This document shows positions 24,481 through 28,879 of a stretch of DNA of 28,879 nucleotides, piece after piece. The DNA comes from Escherichia phage Phi06_2987 S, in sequence record KM389287.1; one strand, given 5' to 3'. Each line of letters begins with the position of its first letter. Position 1 is the first letter of the stretch. The position numbers were made by a program, and so were the translations under genes. A model generated the notes under the pieces. The model did no database searches, was not told where the DNA came from, and was given only the letters and a program-made list of their open reading frames with translations.

Positions 24481-26053
24481 CTTGCTCCTCCTCGTTTGAT
24501 TTTTTCACTCCGGCCTCAAAAGCTGCAGCGGCCCATGCCGGTGGTTTCAGACCCGCAGCACGACGCTCCATGGTTTCCCGGACCTGCTGGGCAAAAATCT
24601 CCTGATAATCATCACCGCGTTTGGCGCACTCTTTTTCATACGTGCTGAGACCTGCCTCAATGAGCATGACGGCCTCCTGTACCTCTTTCAGCCCGTCAAT
24701 TGCCATTCGACCAGAGCCAATCCAGTTGGCATTCCCCCAGGCTGTTCTCGCCTCCTGGAAACTGAACCGGGCTTTCGAAGGAAGCGTGACCACGCGGCGG
24801 ACAATCGCCTCTTCAAGCCAGCAAAGAAACATCTGACAGGCCTGTCGGGATGCCACAAACTTGCGACGCCCCATAAAGTACGCCCAGGACTCGTTAGCAC
24901 TTGCGCGTGCGGTCGAGTAGCTCATCTGCGAATAGTTTCGCGAAAGCTGCTCATACGACACACCAAGCCCAGCGGCAATATAACGCAGCAGGGACTGTTC
25001 AAAAGTCGAGTAGCCGTTATCGGTATCCTGCGCCGACTGAAGGTTGAGAGAATCACCCGGCAACAGGTGTGGAACCCTTGCCCCACCCAGGCGAACAGGC
25101 GCAGCTGAGTAATAGGACGCCATTTCACCGAGCCAGCCCGTAAGTTTGCTCTGCTGCTCTTTATTATCCGCGCCGAGAATAAAGTCCATCGCCGATTGGG
25201 TATCCAGTTCACTCTCGATGGTAGCGGCATACATAGCCTTCACTATCGCGCTCTGGAGCTGGGTATTTTGCAGGGTATCGAGCATTTTCATCTGCTCCAT
25301 CACGCTGTAAAACGCATTGGCCCCACGGGTCTGTCCATCCTCCATCGGTTCGAATACATGGATAAATGAAGGTCGACCGCCGGGTAGTTCGCGAGGAATG
25401 TAGGTCCAGTTCTGCGCCATCCAGCCGGGATAACCATCGTCGCTGACGTAATATCCCAGCGCAGCACCGCTATCATTTATTTTCACACCGGCGCGACAGT
25501 TCCGGGTATCACCGATATTATTCGGATTGCTGACGCGCTTCGGACTGACCATTTTGAACTGAGTACGGAAAAGACGCGTTGAATCGCTGTCCCAGGTCGC
25601 CTGCGTGCATAATTCACCGTTAAACGCGTGCATGGCCACACCTTCTCGGATCATCATCGTAAACGTTCGCTTACGCTCGGCATCAATCCCGCAAAAGTCG
25701 TCCTCGGCATACTCATTCCATGCAGCTTCCACATCCCGCGAGAATGCCCGTGAATCCTCCTCATTTATTCCCAGATAACGCCAGCTTGGTCGATAACTGA
25801 GTCTGAAAAATGACCCGACGATGTGGTCCTGGTGGAGCTGCACGGCGTTTGCCGCGTAGCCATTATTTCGCACCAGATCGTCAGCGCGGGCATTTCCGCG
25901 AGAATAGTTGGGTAGGAGTGCGGCATCTGCACTTTCACTCGGCGGATTCCAGCCTCGCAGCTGCCCACCAAACCCGCCTCCACCGCCATGATATCCTGCG
26001 TATTCCCGAAGGGATGTTTTCCCGTCAGGTCCCACCAAAGATGGTATTTTCAT
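24461..26053 (-). CDS. B: portal protein B
   Basis: 530 aa, highly similar to lambda gpB as recalled (…[26 protein letters not shown]…). Confidence 0.95.
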   Translation of the reverse strand: MKIPSLVGPDGKTSLREYAGYHGGGGGFGGQLRGWNPPSESADAALLPNYSRGNARADDLVRNNGYAANAVQLHQDHIVGSFFRLSYRPSWRYLGINEEDSRAFSRDVEAAWNEYAEDDFCGIDAERKRTFTMMIREGVAMHAFNGELCTQATWDSDSTRLFRTQFKMVSPKRVSNPNNIGDTRNCRAGVKINDSGAALGYYVSDDGYPGWMAQNWTYIPRELPGGRPSFIHVFEPMEDGQTRGANAFYSVMEQMKMLDTLQNTQLQSAIVKAMYAATIESELDTQSAMDFILGADNKEQQSKLTGWLGEMASYYSAAPVRLGGARVPHLLPGDSLNLQSAQDTDNGYSTFEQSLLRYIAAGLGVSYEQLSRNYSQMSYSTARASANESWAYFMGRRKFVASRQACQMFLCWLEEAIVRRVVTLPSKARFSFQEARTAWGNANWIGSGRMAIDGLKEVQEAVMLIEAGLSTYEKECAKRGDDYQEIFAQQVRETMERRAAGLKPPAWAAAAFEAGVKKSNEEEQDGARAA

Positions 26054-26256
26054 ACGTAAAACCCTGCTGGCCCCCGGCGTCGTGATGTGGTGCCAACCTG
26101 AGATTCAAGGTCAGCAATATATTTTTTGAGATCGCTGACTGAAGTGGCTGTAAATTCCACTCTTCGACCGTCTTTCTGTACCGTCGCCACGCGCTTTCCC
26201 ATCATCAGGTCATGTAACGCAGCGCGCGCGGCATCCAGTTCAGTCTGTGTTGCCAT
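26050..26256 (-). CDS. W: head-tail joining protein W
   Basis: 68 aa; …[39 protein letters not shown]… matches lambda gpW. Confidence 0.93.
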   Translation of the reverse strand: MATQTELDAARAALHDLMMGKRVATVQKDGRRVEFTATSVSDLKKYIADLESQVGTTSRRRGPAGFYV

Positions 26257-28178
26257 TATTCATCTCCAGATAATGCCCGCGCGTAATCCGCCAGGGTCTT
26301 GTTATTGTTACGGCTGCCTTCTTCCTCCAGCAGGCTGGCCAGAAGTGAATCAAGATTTAGCTGCCAGCGGGATATGCTTATACGCAGCGCCGCCAGTGCA
26401 TAAACAAAGCAATCGAGCGCCTCATTTCGTCGTTTTTTGCTGTCCCAGACGATCTTTTTCTTTCCGTCTACCCATTTTTCCACCTGCTCTTCAGCTGTTA
26501 GTTGTTGGGCCTCTGTTAGATCGTAGATTTCTGGGTTATTCGGGAAATGAACCGCTCCCGCCAGCGGCTCGTCTCTTTGCGCCACCAGCGTGAAACGGTT
26601 ATAAATCTGCTCTTTTGCGGTGTCTGTTCCTACCTCTGTGAGGTAAACACCATTCTTGTTACGCTTGCGTGGCATGTTCGCCACTGGCTTTCCATAAACC
26701 GACGCCCCCTTTATAGGGATCACACGAAACAGACCGTGTTTTTTTGAGCGGTTGTAGACGATGGTGGGATCAATGCCGCCAATATCCCAGCAAGTGCGGG
26801 ATATAACCATTTCGAGACCGTTCTGGCGCTTATACGTCCTGTTGATCGCTTCATCAACTCGAGCGAGAGTCGACTCATCATCATGACGACCCATAATGAT
26901 AATTTTGTCGATAAGCCAGCTTTCCTCTCCCGGCCCCCATCCCCAAACACGCATTTCGTAACGGTCAAGCTGGGAGTCAATACCCGCTGTCAGATATGCC
27001 ACTCGCTCCGGCACAGACGCTTCAAAGTGCTCTTTTCGTTCCGCTAAAACTTCAGCATCGGGTCGTTCACCTATTTTCGGTTCCCACGTTTCGCCCAGGG
27101 TCGTGTTAACGAAAGTTTTTCGCTTACCCGTATCACCTTTTGTTTTTATCCAGTCCTTGACGATCTGCACCCAGGTTGTGAACGGGCTATATGCGGTCCA
27201 GATGTGGAATGTAACGCTGTCAGGAGGTTCAATTTCGGTACCGGATGAAGAAAACCAGTTAAGGCCGTCTCGTGTCCAGATACCTGTTTCATCACAAATA
27301 TACCTGGCCTCCAGAAATTCCAGCTCCTGTTGTTTAATCACACAGGCATTGTGTTCACAGAGGTAGTAAACGCTGGCAGGTTCTCCCGGAGACCATTTGA
27401 AGCCAAATGGTGTCTCTTTATCACCGAATTTCAGATACTGCTCTTCCCCACAGTGTGGGCATGGAACATGGAACCGAAGAAAATGTTCAGACTCCTTAGC
27501 AGCTCTTTCTATCTGGCACGTACCTTTGACTTTCGGTGTAGATCCGCGAATGGATTTCGGCCATACAGAACCCTCAATACGCTTATCACCCAGAAAGGTG
27601 GGAGAACCTTCTTTCTCGATGTCATCATCGAAAGCGGCGAGCTCGTCGTAGCCAGCCACATCAACTGATTTTTCACGGTAGTTTTTTGCAGCCTTACCGC
27701 CCAGGCACCAGAAACCACGACCATTCGAGAAACGCTTCATGCTCAGCGTATTGTCCCGGTGTTTTTTACCGTACCAGGGAGCAAGCGCCAGCAACGTCGG
27801 AATATCACGAATGGTCGGTTCTACATGAGACTTCATGAAGTTTTCAGCATCACCGTCGGTTGGTAACCATATTAGGGAGTTACGCTGTTTATGTTGGATG
27901 AAATATGCGTAAACGCCGAGCAACATTTTTGAGTAGCCGACACGAGCCGATTTAACGACATTCACCTCGCGAATATAGTCATTACCCATCGCATTCATAA
28001 TTGCACGCTGAAATGGCAGTGTTTCCCAGCGCCCTTCCTGGTAGGCAGACTCTTTCGGGAGATAATAATTCTCATCTGCCCATTCAACTGCTGTTTGCGG
28101 TTGCGGCCGGTACAGCGAACGTAACCCCGCCCGCGCAGAGTGCTGCAGCCCCTTAACCTGACTGTTCGATATATTCAC
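26256..28178 (-). CDS. A: terminase large subunit A
   Basis: 640 aa, lambda gpA-like, in conserved position with a start/stop overlap with W. Confidence 0.95.
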   Translation of the reverse strand: MNISNSQVKGLQHSARAGLRSLYRPQPQTAVEWADENYYLPKESAYQEGRWETLPFQRAIMNAMGNDYIREVNVVKSARVGYSKMLLGVYAYFIQHKQRNSLIWLPTDGDAENFMKSHVEPTIRDIPTLLALAPWYGKKHRDNTLSMKRFSNGRGFWCLGGKAAKNYREKSVDVAGYDELAAFDDDIEKEGSPTFLGDKRIEGSVWPKSIRGSTPKVKGTCQIERAAKESEHFLRFHVPCPHCGEEQYLKFGDKETPFGFKWSPGEPASVYYLCEHNACVIKQQELEFLEARYICDETGIWTRDGLNWFSSSGTEIEPPDSVTFHIWTAYSPFTTWVQIVKDWIKTKGDTGKRKTFVNTTLGETWEPKIGERPDAEVLAERKEHFEASVPERVAYLTAGIDSQLDRYEMRVWGWGPGEESWLIDKIIIMGRHDDESTLARVDEAINRTYKRQNGLEMVISRTCWDIGGIDPTIVYNRSKKHGLFRVIPIKGASVYGKPVANMPRKRNKNGVYLTEVGTDTAKEQIYNRFTLVAQRDEPLAGAVHFPNNPEIYDLTEAQQLTAEEQVEKWVDGKKKIVWDSKKRRNEALDCFVYALAALRISISRWQLNLDSLLASLLEEEGSRNNNKTLADYARALSGDE

Positions 28179-28698
28179 TCAGCAACCCCGGTATCATTTC
28201 ATCCAGCGCAGCTGCCTTGTTCATGGCCTTAATGATGTCCTTCTTGAGGAAATCAATATGTCGGTTCTCCAGCTCCGGGAAGCGCCGCTGAACCGACAGA
28301 GGTATTCCATCGAGAATGCTGGCGATTTCTCCGGCTACCCGCGACAGCACGAACGTGCAGAATGCGGTCTCCACCACTTCAGCGGACTCTTTTGCATTTT
28401 TTAATTCCTGAGCGTCAGCCTGAGCTCGCGTAAGTCGGTGTCGCTCATATTCAATCGTGCCAGGTTGAAGATCGGACTCAGAAGCGATACGGAGATCTTC
28501 AACTTCCTTCCGCAACTTTTCATTTTCTATAGCTGCATCGCGCGCACTGTACCATTCGATTGCAGCAGCAGATTCAAAGAGAACCTCATTACCTTTGCCA
28601 CCACCGCGGACAACCGGCATACCTTGCTCCTGCCAGTTCTGAATCGTTCGGACGCTTACCCCGAAAATTTCGGATAAGCGTTTTTTGTTAACCTCCAT
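28153..28698 (-). CDS. nu1: terminase small subunit Nu1
   Basis: 181 aa, near-identical to lambda Nu1 as recalled (MEVNKK...IRTIQNWQEQGMPV.RGGGKGNEVL...). Confidence 0.95.
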   Translation of the reverse strand: MEVNKKRLSEIFGVSVRTIQNWQEQGMPVVRGGGKGNEVLFESAAAIEWYSARDAAIENEKLRKEVEDLRIASESDLQPGTIEYERHRLTRAQADAQELKNAKESAEVVETAFCTFVLSRVAGEIASILDGIPLSVQRRFPELENRHIDFLKKDIIKAMNKAAALDEMIPGLLSEYIEQSG

Positions 28699-28879
28699 GG
28701 CTTACTCCTGGCAAAAAACAGAGAAAGGAAACAATCAACGGTAAACTTCCGTTTTCCTTGCTCAGCATTTCCTTTCTGGAGAGAGGACGTTTTTAACAAA
28801 AACAATGAGTAAACAAGAAGAAGAACGGAAATGGCATAAACCAGAAAATTTTCATAAATAGCGAGAATCTGCGCGGACG
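28699..28879 (-). other. cos region (cosB-like terminase binding region; cosN at or just beyond the window end)
   Basis: The minus-strand sequence upstream of Nu1 (…TCGCTATTTATGAAAATTTTCTGGTTTATGCCATTTCCGTTCTTCTTC…) is closely similar to the lambda cosN-proximal/cosB region as I recall it. By lambda spacing, cosN would sit at the last few bases of the window or just past it. Confidence 0.6.

Overview
This window reads as the reverse-complemented left arm plus attP/int region of a lambda-like temperate siphovirus from an enterobacterial host. From the high-coordinate end, the minus strand carries cos-proximal DNA and a near-complete lambda-order late operon: Nu1, A, W, B, C, D, E, FI, FII, Z, U, V, G/T, H, M, L, K, I, J. 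After J come two coupled unknown ORFs, a small lipoprotein (Cor-like candidate), a side tail fiber gene and a serine DNA invertase. The low-coordinate end holds an accessory region (DinI-like gene behind an SOS box, a two-gene unknown operon, a 3' tRNA-Pro fragment that looks like the attP core, an XRE/ImmA pair) and then int, xis and a DnaQ-like exonuclease on the plus strand. The most interesting structure is a three-site, three-cassette inversion system that can swap the C-terminus of the tail fiber. All protein assignments rest on my recollection of lambda and related protein sequences and on motifs I can read directly; no database search was run. No rRNA, complete tRNA or CRISPR array was seen.
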